Both the position numbers and the translations under genes were made by a program. This document shows positions 54,771 to 64,000 of a stretch of 64,000 bases of DNA, one piece after another. Source of the DNA: Rhynchopus sp. YZ270_cl-10 (lineage: Eukaryota); contig OZ037840.1 in NCBI GenBank assembly GCA_964035575.1, forward strand, positions 620,001-684,000. Reading direction: 5' to 3'. Numbering within the stretch: position 1 is the first letter of the stretch; each line of letters opens with the position of its first letter. A model generated the notes under the pieces. That model worked only from the letters and a program-made list of their open reading frames with translations, had not been told where the DNA came from and did not search any database.

Positions 54771-56558
54771 ATGCTAAAGGACGGATGGGGGGACCTACAC
54801 CGAGCCTGCGTCGCTGGGAATGTGAAGAGCGTTGAAGATGCGTTGGGGGCATCTGAGGGGGTACAGCAGCCGCATGGGCACCACCCCCTCACGGAGACCC
54901 TTCTTGCCGCAACGAAGTACGGCTGGACGCCCCTCCACGCTGCGGCGGATGCGGGGCAATGCGAGGTGGTGGAGCTCCTCATTGACACCCTTTTGACACA
55001 CCACAGCAGCAGCAGCACCACGGCGCCCCCTCAGCACACCCTCCTTGCAGCCCGCATGCTGCACAGCGAGACACTGTCCGGGGAGACCCCCCTCTCCCTA
55101 GCGTATACCCGGCAGCGGAATCTCCTCTGGGCGAGCGACTCCGACCCCGATCTGCTCCACAGACTAGACCGCGTTGTAGGGTTTCTCAAAGAAGCTGTGC
55201 GGAGGGTGGAAGGGGCTGATGTGGGGTTGGCACCTACCCCCCCGTTGTCACCTCCTCCCCCTCCTCCTCCTCCCCAGACAAAGCAAAGAATGCGAGGGGG
55301 GGCGACAGCGAGGCAAACCAGTGAACAGTCGCATTCAGGCGTCGCGCATGTTGCACAGCAGCCGGACTTCACAGAGCGTCCGGATACTGCGGTGCTTAGC
55401 GCGGATCGAGCGGGGGGGTTGAAATTGTCGCGTTCAGTTGCAGCGTATTTGCAGGTAGAGGAAGGGAATCTGAAGGATATACAAAGTCAGATGGTGGTGT
55501 GGAGGCAGAGGGCGAGGCAGTTGGCTGCGTGCAATAGAAGGACCAGAGCGAGGGCGGTGTCTTTGGAGATGGAGTTGAGTCGTCTGCAGGCGTCTCAAGC
55601 GGGCAGCCAAGGTGCGCACAGCAGCGAGGACAACGCGGATGATGACACCACCCCCACCCCTACCAACACTATGGCAACAACCCCTTCCGGAGATATCAAC
55701 GCAACGCAGGAACAGATGCAGAACGGTCTCCAATCTGCCCCATCCAAGCGCCTCCCCCGCGGAAACATCGTACGAAGCCAATCTGCAATGCGATTCAAAC
55801 GGCGTACCAGTCCACCCCCTGGAAGGAAACTCATGAGAGGCGGGTCCAGCTGTGGGTCCAACGGTACGCCATCTCCTTGGGGAAGCGGAGGAGCTCGAAC
55901 CACAACATCAGTTCCTTTGGTGCAAACCGCCCCTACACCGCAGGTTGCGCGGAGTGTTCACACCAATGCGCCATTACGACAACGTACCGTAAGACGGAAG
56001 AAAAAACCTGTTAAAAGCCTTATCACTACCCCGCCTACCCCCAAAGCAACCGTTATTCCGATCATCTCATATCGAAGTGAGGCAAATGAAGCGGGCATCG
56101 CCGCGGTGGTGTTGATTGCGATGCTTTCGGCGATACCTGAGGAGGTGGTGGGAAGCTTTTACAAAGGGTATTATGAGTATCTAAAGCGCGCGGATTCGGA
56201 GGGTCGGCTAGGTGTGGGGTGGGGTGATGGGGTAGAGAACGTGACAGTGCAGAAAAGGGAGAGACGTGGCACCACCGTGTCCCGACGTCGCTCCTCTGCG
56301 TCAGGAAAGGGAAGCATCGACCTCCCAGGGCTCCGCAGGCGGACCATGCCCCCATCCTTCTGCAACGCCCCCCTCCCGCAGGATTCGCACTGCCGGACAC
56401 CCTCAGGGTCCGAAGGAGACGATGATGACGCATGCTTCCCTTCCGCAGCACGGCTCGATAATATCTCAAGACGCTGGGGGGCAGGGTCCGCTGTAGACGG
56501 GGAGGGTCATGAAGCGGCGCGTCCCTCGATGGACCTGGCATGCCATTTGCTTAGTTAG
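54771..56558 (+). CDS. Ankyrin-repeat protein with coiled-coil and disordered C-terminus (595 aa)
   Basis: GWGDLHRAC, GWTPLHAAADAGQCEVVELLI and GETPLSLA ankyrin motifs. Confidence 0.82.
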   Translation: MLKDGWGDLHRACVAGNVKSVEDALGASEGVQQPHGHHPLTETLLAATKYGWTPLHAAADAGQCEVVELLIDTLLTHHSSSSTTAPPQHTLLAARMLHSETLSGETPLSLAYTRQRNLLWASDSDPDLLHRLDRVVGFLKEAVRRVEGADVGLAPTPPLSPPPPPPPPQTKQRMRGGATARQTSEQSHSGVAHVAQQPDFTERPDTAVLSADRAGGLKLSRSVAAYLQVEEGNLKDIQSQMVVWRQRARQLAACNRRTRARAVSLEMELSRLQASQAGSQGAHSSEDNADDDTTPTPTNTMATTPSGDINATQEQMQNGLQSAPSKRLPRGNIVRSQSAMRFKRRTSPPPGRKLMRGGSSCGSNGTPSPWGSGGARTTTSVPLVQTAPTPQVARSVHTNAPLRQRTVRRKKKPVKSLITTPPTPKATVIPIISYRSEANEAGIAAVVLIAMLSAIPEEVVGSFYKGYYEYLKRADSEGRLGVGWGDGVENVTVQKRERRGTTVSRRRSSASGKGSIDLPGLRRRTMPPSFCNAPLPQDSHCRTPSGSEGDDDDACFPSAARLDNISRRWGAGSAVDGEGHEAARPSMDLACHLLS

Positions 56559-58270
56559 TGGGTTTGGGTTGATTTTTTTTTTCGGTGACATGACACTTGT
56601 GACATATCGTAGGAAATCTTTTAGTATGCGCGAAGACGATTCTTGTGCTCCTCATTCTCCCCACACTATGTCAATACAACAGGTTAGACCGTTTGGTCTG
56701 GGAGGGTTTGGGGTTTCTTCTTGTGTGATCTGGGGTGAGGAAGCGTTCCAACTTTTCAACCTCTTCCCCAATTTACCTTTCGCGCTTTTTTACCCTCCCC
56801 CGTTTTAGAATCAACAGAGAGTGTACGTTAAGATTTTTGAGAATTAAAAGGGGAAAATACCCCCTTTTTTATTTGAGACCCAAAAATGCTGTGTATATGA
56901 AGGCGTATTTAGCTTGGCAAGCAAGACCCTCCTTTGAGTTGTAGTGGCCAGGGTTACGTACCAAAGGTGCCGTATGGTTGGTACCAAAACGATCAATTTC
57001 AAAGATATTGCAAATACAGCAAGACAACAAACATCGGAGGGGGTAAAAAACCCTCCTTAGAGTTTTGAAATCCCAAAATCCACCTTAGTTTTTACCCCAC
57101 CGGTGTTTGTTGTCTTACTGTATGTATTTTTCAGTGAAGATGTATTCTCGGTGGAGTGGGGGGCGAGGGGCAATCTATTTTGTACGAGTATGCAATACGT
57201 CTGGAAATGAAAGACGCATTCTTCGGTCGCCATGAGTCTTGCCGTTTTGGATGCGATCAACAAAACAACAAACAACGAATGAATAAAGAAGGGGAGGTAT
57301 TTCATTTTTTGCCCATATGGCATCTTAGTACTCGGGTGACTATGTACCAAAAAAAAGTAACAAAGGGAAATTATTGTTGCCGAAGGGATGCATGGTCATC
57401 GTGGGTGCTTCTGTAGCGGGGGTTGCGGATGGTCTACTGGCATGTGATGTTCGTAGTTCATGTTTTAGTCGTGGCTTTTGATGTATATTTTTTCCCCTTC
57501 AAAAGTGGTGTTAGGAGGGCTTAGGATCATCTAACACAAAAACTTTTTTTTTGTTTTTCGTGGGGGAAAAAAATTGCATATCTGGTGTTGGGAAGGGCTT
57601 TCCAGCTCAAGGATTCCCCACTGCTCTTCTCCCCATACCCCCTTTCTGTTTGGTCCGTTTTCTGTGGATAAAAAATGGATAGCGAAGACTGTCAACAGCA
57701 GATACACTATACCACCCAGGGCATTAGGGAGTGATGTTAAAAAAGAAAATGGGGGGGCAACAATATTGGAGTGTACCATTGGTAAGGCAATGGTATTTCA
57801 ATGATGATATAGCCTCCCCTTTTTTTGCCAGTTGTGTGTGCATGTTTTTTTAAGGAAATGGAAACTTCCTATTAAGCCCCCTGCCGACTCCATTTTTCTT
57901 GGAGCTTCCAGGACTGTGCATGCTCCGTTCCCTAAAAAAGGAATGGTAAAAAAAGGTTTCAAGAAAGATAAAAAGAAAATGTGGCTGCTGCACAGATCTG
58001 TGACAGCACGATTTTCTTTTCTAATCACAGGAATGAAAGTCATTTGTCTTCACAAATCGCTGGAATTTTCTGAAGGTCCCTGAGTTTTTACAATTTATTT
58101 CCCCCCCCTCATTCCCAGCTTCTCACTTATTCTTTTACAAAAAAAAAGCCTCCCCTTTTTTTGAAAGCCTGATAAACATTCATCCACTACGCAACGTATG
58201 TCTGCACGCAGCTTTGTCAACCCGATTCCTTTCGTTTCCTGGAGTCGTTTCCCACTACCATACAATGCAG

Positions 58271-58376
58271 GCGAGACCGAAATCGGGCCTCGCTCAGGCC
58301 GGATCAGGCGTGGCTGAGGCGTACTCGGGAATGCTTACGTTTAGTACGCCCCAGCCACGCCTGAACCAGAACCTGA
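58271..58376. other. GC-rich two-hairpin structure upstream of CTR9
   Basis: 22-bp stem 58304..58325 / 58343..58364 (1 mismatch), preceded by a smaller hairpin at 58271..58293. Confidence 0.6.
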
Positions 58377-58622
58377 AGGGAAATTAAGGGTCATAATTTA
58401 GCACATTTTTTTTTTTCAGGTCAACCGGTCAAAATTTGACCAAACTGTATAACGAAAATACCATACCACCTCCACCACCACCACCACCCTATCCCCACCC
58501 ACCCTCAGCAAAAAAAAGGAAAAAAAAGAAGAAAAAAAAAAACGTACATTTGAGGGGCCTCCTCCCTCACCCCCCCCCCCCCCCCGTCCCCCCCCTTTTT
58601 GCCCCCCCTTTTTTTTTTCATC

Positions 58623-61600
58623 ATGGAAACCCATATCATTGAGATTGCCGACCCTAGCAACCCGCAACAGAAGGAACGTCACAGTCTTTCTCTTTCGACT
58701 TCGTCGCAGGAGGTTGTTGCGTTGTTGACACGCATCGCCGTCGATGAGGTGCAGCTATGGCTTGAAACGGCTTTGTTTTTTAATCGCCCTGCAGAGGGGA
58801 GAACCGATGCGTTTGAGGACATTCTCCGCGCTGCGGTAAAACATTTTGGCGGGAGAAAGCTCTCTGTTGTGGGGAGAAACTTGGCGGCAGAGCTTTGCTC
58901 GATTCTTGCGGGACACTATCTTACGAGGCACACCGCGGATATCACCGATCTTGCAAGCCTCGACCATTATAAAGAAGTTATTGCGCAAGGCATGCGTTAC
59001 GACGCTACCCATCCTTTAGTAGGCATTGTAAGCAGCGCATATGACCTGCATAGCAGTAAGACGATGCCACATGGTGCGCAAACAGAGAAATTGCTGAATG
59101 ACGTCGCAAAAAAACTGAGTATGATGAAGGAGTTTGCAAAGACGAACACCCAAAGAATACAGGCCACTTCCCTTCTCGCAATCTGCCGCTACCGTTTGGA
59201 GGACTATGTTGAGGCCTGGAAATGCTTTGCCGAGGTGATTGCGTTGACCCCAACCAGCACCCCATCAGGGATCCGATTGGGGCTGGCGTACTGCAACTTC
59301 AAACTGGGTCAAGAGGACATTGCGATAAAGTCATTTAGAAGGGTGCTAGACATTGATGGGCAAAACATTCGCGCAAATCTTGGTCTTGCCGGGATTCTTC
59401 TTGGTTACCAAGGAGACGAAGCGCACGAAAAACACGTAGAAGGCACCAAGCTGCTCTTCTCTATCTACAACGCCTACAAAGAAAACCCGGTTCTCCTGAA
59501 CATGATTGCCTCTGCGTTGTTCAGAGTCTTCTATACGACGCGGAGCAATAGCACTGCGGAGCACATTATTCGTGTTGCTGACGAAGTCGTCAAATCCAAT
59601 AAAAACAAAACGGACGCGCAATCGAAGCGGTTAGATGCCGAAGCATACTTCCAACGGGGAAGAGTGTATCACGTCAAGGAAGAATTCAAGCCTGCAGTCG
59701 CCTCCTTCCAGATGAGTGTAACGAACAATAGCGACCACATCCCTGCATTATACAGCATGGCGCAATGCAAAATCTACCTCATGCAGGAACAAAGCCGCAA
59801 CAAAGACCAGCACGCAACCTACCGAGACATTGAGGACGTCATCCACCTCCTCAAACGTTGCCACCATCTCTCCCCGGACAACCCGGATCTGCTATCCATC
59901 ATGGCCAAGCTGCACACATGGAAGTATATTGCCATTAAGGACGACAAATCCCGCGAGGATTCCCTCGAAGCTGCCCTGCAACTCCTCCACGGCATCACCG
60001 ACGTCGCGAACCCTCTCGACACCGAAGCCTGGGGCCTCCGCGGGTTTTTGGAAAGAGTTGATACCCAAGCGTCGCTCGTTTGCTACGAAAAGCAGGTCAC
60101 AGTACTGAACGACGCCCAAAAGCATGTCCCCTCTGCGTTGCTTGCGAACCTCGCAGCAGTGTACATCCAAGATGACAACGTCGTAAAGGCTACAGAAAAC
60201 CTTCGTCTCGCTACCGAAGCCTTCAATGAGGAGAAGGCAAAGGGGCTGTGCACGACAGATCATCTGGAAGGTGTGCGGAAGGTGCTTGACTTCAACGCAG
60301 CGCTGCTTGACGAATACAAAAGAGAGCTGCAAACTGCGGCTGACCGACACATTACTATTATCAAAGAGTGGCCTGGGTTTTTGGACTCTTACCTTTCCTT
60401 GGTAGACCTATACCACGAAATGGGACATGCAAAGAAGGCGGCAGCCTTGGCACAACTTGCTTCTGAGGTCATGGCGAGGCAACCCCTTGCGAAGAGATGC
60501 CTTCCTCAACTCCAGCTTGCGGCGCTTTATTTTAAGATGTGCTACTTCAAGGACAGCACAGCGACCGCCCGCAAGGTAGCAGCGTTGTTCGAAGAGGAGC
60601 ACGAAAGGGAGCAGGCAGACGCATCGTCGAGGGATCTGCTCAACCTTGCGCTGCTTCTCCAGGCGAACGGTCTGTACGCACTCTCCAGCGCGCACGCGAC
60701 CTCAAAAGAGAGACGTCAAGAAGAGCTGCGTCAGGCCGAGGAAATCTATCGGAAAGTGTTCAGCTCCGACGTCGACAATGTGTACGCCGTGCACAACCTC
60801 GCCTGCGCAATGCTCTCCCGCTCCACACGCAACAAACAGCACGCCAAAACCCTCATTGAGCGGGTCCGCGAAGCGACGGTTCCCTCCGGAAAGGGGCTAG
60901 AAAATGTTGCGACATTCAACCTTGCACAGCTCTCCTTCTATGAGAGACTCCCCGCAAAGAGTCTCCCCCTCTATTTCTCTTTGCAGTCCGCCTGCGAGAC
61001 GGATCCAAAGCTCGAAGGGTTTGTTCCGGTTCGTGATATTGGAAGTAAGGTCGCACATTGCTACGTCTTCAAGAAGGACTACCGTTCTGCGACCAGAGAG
61101 TTTGCAGGTACATTGGAGAATTCACCTATGTCAATGACCGCGTCGTGCAACCTCGCATTGTCGTCTATGGGAGCCATTTTGCAGGATTACCGTGAAGGCA
61201 TTTTGTCTGATGATGACGCTCTGGAGCGTGCGGGGGGGCAGTTGCAGGGAACACAACTGACGTTTGCGAGGGTCAGGGCGGAGCTGGAGGCGGTATTAGT
61301 GCATCCATCGTTGTCGGAAAAGAAAAAGGCGACGTTCAAGGCGCAAATGGACCAGGTGGACAAATACGACGCAATGTGCGTAAAGGTAGCGCAGCTTCTT
61401 CAAGAAGAGCGCGACACCGTGCGGCACGAATCGTCGGTTGAGGTGGAGATCACCTCCGCCTTCAAAAACTCCTCCTCGAACTACGTGACCTGGCGGGAGC
61501 AGGCATCGCGTCAGGAAGAGCAAGATCGCAGAGGCCGCGTCCAATCCCAGGTTGACAAGATGGCGGCGCAGGAAGAAAAGCTCCGCGCTATCAACCTGCA

Positions 61601-62708
61601 GTACCAAGAGGAGATGAAGAACGAATATTACAACAAAGACACCGGGGCAACCACAGGCAGCGGTGTGCCCAGGTCAGGCGGCACACAGGCACGCACCAGA
61701 ACAGAAGGGTCTGCCTATCACGATGCAAACCCCACGCAAGGAGCCTACGAGCCTGCAGGTGCAGACGTCGGCACGACACTCCGCAATGGTGACGAATCAG
61801 GCCTGGTGCGTGAGGAGACGACAGCGTCAGGAAGAAAGCGCCTCAAAATCCAGCTCACTGCAGCAGAGAGAAAGGAGCTTGACAAATTGGAGGACGGATC
61901 GGACGACACAGATGAGATGGATGAGGTGTGTTTTCGTTCACCCCCCTTTTTATTTCCTATCATAGTCAGTGATTTTATCCACAGACACCACTGCATGACC
62001 CACCACACTATACCATACCAAAGGGCCATCTTCTGCGCAAGAATTACCCTCACTAGGCACCAAACCACACCACACCACACCAAGGTGGGCTATACTCCGT
62101 TCAGGCGTTACCCCACTCTAAATTCATTATCAAACACTACACCACACCTAAGGGCCATATTCTGCGCAAGAATTACCCTCACTAGGCAGCAACCATATCA
62201 AACACCACACCACTGTTTCGCTCTTGAAACTACTCGCATATGCTTTACAAACCACACCACACAGGAGGACGGTGACGACTCCGCAGACGCCGACTTCGAC
62301 TCCAACTCCAACGACATACCCGAAGACGATCTCAAGCCAAAGCGCAAGAAGGACAAAAAGGAGAAAAAGAAGAAGGACAAAAAAGGCAAGAAAGAGAAAA
62401 AGGAAAAGAAAGACAAAAAGCGCAAACGCGATGCGGCCGAGGATGAGTTCGACGCGATGGCTGCGGACATGATGGACATTGAGCTGCCAGGGGATGTAAT
62501 GGGTACTGAGGGGGCAACGACTCCGGCTGAGCAGGCAGCACCCTCAGGTGAGGCTGCCGCCAACGGTGAACCTGCGCCAAAGAAAAGGAAGAAGGTTGTG
62601 CAGGACGACGACGACGATGACGATGACGACGCAGCTGACCTCCTCGCACCCACAGCAACAACCAAACCCAAAGAAGCAATGGACGATGACGATGAGGATT
62701 TGCTGTAG
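58623..62708 (+). CDS. CTR9: RNA polymerase-associated PAF1 complex subunit CTR9-like TPR protein, join(58623..61925,62265..62708)
   Basis: Long TPR array. N-terminal IEI...EVVALL...LWLETAL and NVYAVHNLACAM...ERVREAT resemble CTR9 signatures. Charged low-complexity tail. Probable intron 61926..62264. Confidence 0.8.
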   Translation: METHIIEIADPSNPQQKERHSLSLSTSSQEVVALLTRIAVDEVQLWLETALFFNRPAEGRTDAFEDILRAAVKHFGGRKLSVVGRNLAAELCSILAGHYLTRHTADITDLASLDHYKEVIAQGMRYDATHPLVGIVSSAYDLHSSKTMPHGAQTEKLLNDVAKKLSMMKEFAKTNTQRIQATSLLAICRYRLEDYVEAWKCFAEVIALTPTSTPSGIRLGLAYCNFKLGQEDIAIKSFRRVLDIDGQNIRANLGLAGILLGYQGDEAHEKHVEGTKLLFSIYNAYKENPVLLNMIASALFRVFYTTRSNSTAEHIIRVADEVVKSNKNKTDAQSKRLDAEAYFQRGRVYHVKEEFKPAVASFQMSVTNNSDHIPALYSMAQCKIYLMQEQSRNKDQHATYRDIEDVIHLLKRCHHLSPDNPDLLSIMAKLHTWKYIAIKDDKSREDSLEAALQLLHGITDVANPLDTEAWGLRGFLERVDTQASLVCYEKQVTVLNDAQKHVPSALLANLAAVYIQDDNVVKATENLRLATEAFNEEKAKGLCTTDHLEGVRKVLDFNAALLDEYKRELQTAADRHITIIKEWPGFLDSYLSLVDLYHEMGHAKKAAALAQLASEVMARQPLAKRCLPQLQLAALYFKMCYFKDSTATARKVAALFEEEHEREQADASSRDLLNLALLLQANGLYALSSAHATSKERRQEELRQAEEIYRKVFSSDVDNVYAVHNLACAMLSRSTRNKQHAKTLIERVREATVPSGKGLENVATFNLAQLSFYERLPAKSLPLYFSLQSACETDPKLEGFVPVRDIGSKVAHCYVFKKDYRSATREFAGTLENSPMSMTASCNLALSSMGAILQDYREGILSDDDALERAGGQLQGTQLTFARVRAELEAVLVHPSLSEKKKATFKAQMDQVDKYDAMCVKVAQLLQEERDTVRHESSVEVEITSAFKNSSSNYVTWREQASRQEEQDRRGRVQSQVDKMAAQEEKLRAINLQYQEEMKNEYYNKDTGATTGSGVPRSGGTQARTRTEGSAYHDANPTQGAYEPAGADVGTTLRNGDESGLVREETTASGRKRLKIQLTAAERKELDKLEDGSDDTDEMDEVCFRSPPFLFPIIVSDFIHRHHCMTHHTIPYQRAIFCARITLTRHQTTPHHTKVGYTPFRRYPTLNSLSNTTPHLRAIFCARITLTRQQPYQTPHHCFALETTRICFTNHTTQEDGDDSADADFDSNSNDIPEDDLKPKRKKDKKEKKKKDKKGKKEKKEKKDKKRKRDAAEDEFDAMAADMMDIELPGDVMGTEGATTPAEQAAPSGEAAANGEPAPKKRKKVVQDDDDDDDDDAADLLAPTATTKPKEAMDDDDEDLL

Positions 62709-62818
62709 AATTTTGTATTTATTTTTTTGGGGGGGGAGGCAGGGGGAAAAAAAGGGTTTAACCCTTTAGCCCCCAGCTGGACATATATGTCCAAGCAAAT
62801 CCCGACGAGCAATGGGAA

Positions 62819-64000
62819 AAGTTCTACTCATTTTCGTAAAAACATTTTTTATATTTTGAAAGATTTTGCGCCGATCTTTCAAAAGAAGCAAGAATCAAAA
62901 AGTTTTGTGCATCGGGTATATCTTTGGATGCTGGGGAGAAGGCGGGACTGCCACGGAAAATCATGTTTTTTGACCAACACCCCCTGAAATATCCCTCCCA
63001 ATACCACTAGGCTATTACTGGGGTTCTACTCATTTTCAGAAAAACATTTTTTTATATTTTGAAAGATTTTTCACCGATCTTTCAAAATACGCCATCTAAG
63101 AACACTTTTATGCACCTGGGTTTTCCTTGGATACCGGGGAGAGTGAAAAAGTACGGAAGAAAAGTCACTTTTCAGAGCCTCCATGTGATCAAAAATTTTC
63201 CACTCGTTTTCGTGAAAACACTTTTTTTGTGTGGAAAGATTTCGTTCGCATCTTTCAAAATACGCAAAAATCGAAAACTTTTATGCATCTGTGATATCCT
63301 CGGATTTTGGTGAGATTTTACCACCAAAATCATGATTTTTAACGTTGCTAAGGTCGCAAGGCTAGTATGGTTGATAAGTAGGGTTCTCCTCATTTTCGTG
63401 AAAAGATTTTTACATTTTTGGAAAGATTTGATGTCAAATCTGTCAAAAGAAGCAAGAATCGAAAACTTTTGTGCATCTGAGTGCACTTTGGAAGTCCGTG
63501 AGAACCACCACCAAAATCACTGTTTTTTCTGCCTTATTCCCACCCAGAACACACTATAAGCCGGGTTTTCACTATTTTTTCGTATTTTAGAGTGATTTTT
63601 TTGTGAATTTTCGGCACACAGGGTCGTTCTGACCCGTTCTGGGGGTGTTTCGGACCTGTAGATGCCCAAAAACGTGAAAAAATCGCATTTTTACGTGTGT
63701 AATGGTGTTTCAGTGTAAATCGTTAGGGAAATCAATTTTTAGACATGCTGCTAACAGAGCTACACTCATCTAAGTTGGGTTCTACTTGGACTTTTTGCTC
63801 GATTTTTTTTTTCTTTGAAAAGATTTTGTGGCGAATCTTTCAAATAAAGCAGTTTTTGGGCGGCAATAATTTACTAGAGTTGTCTCGGCAGGTAGAGAGA
63901 GTAAAAAATCAAAAGGTCAATTTTATGCTTACCTCATTTTGGGAATAACATTTTTTTTCGAAAAAAAACTTAAAAAAATGGAATTGAAAGCCGTGTTCAA
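62819..64000 (+). repeat. Degenerate ~180-210-bp AT-rich tandem repeat
   Basis: GTTCTACTCATTTTC...AAAGATTT...ATCTTTCAAAA recurs near 62821, 63022, 63200, 63383 and 63779. Confidence 0.75.

Noticed and set aside
1..64000. tRNA, rRNA or snRNA genes
   Set aside because: None recognised by eye. tRNAscan/Rfam would be needed to exclude them.

Overview
Eukaryotic, repeat-rich genomic DNA in which every credible protein gene lies on the + strand. Several features suggest a euglenozoan, probably diplonemid-like, protist (inference): unidirectional gene order, a trypanosomatid-type cyclase catalytic domain, GT-AG cis-introns, and C/A-rich ...CACAG acceptors. Contents, left to right: (i) a 2.27-kb Mutator/Foldback-type element with 153-bp TIRs and a 9-bp TSD, whose empty site is present at 23048. 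(ii) A duplicated spacer (2.3-5.5 kb matches 23.0-26.8 kb) that reveals several insertion polymorphisms. (iii) Four intronless genes, each an N-terminal ubiquitin-like domain fused to a repeat scaffold (DUF4116-like, LRR, WD40 x2), next to RNase H retroelement relics. (iv) Three tandem type-I membrane proteins (signal peptide, CAP domain, variable EGF-like stalk, TM, short tail; about 2004, 1223 and 2591 aa). (v) An adenylate cyclase gene apparently nested, same-strand, in intron 1 of a TLDc gene. (vi) A 4-exon unknown gene, an ankyrin protein and CTR9 with a stop-free 3n intron, then a degenerate ~190-bp satellite. Several families of short hairpin repeats occur only in sense orientation and end at T-tracts. 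All calls were made by eye and no searches were run.
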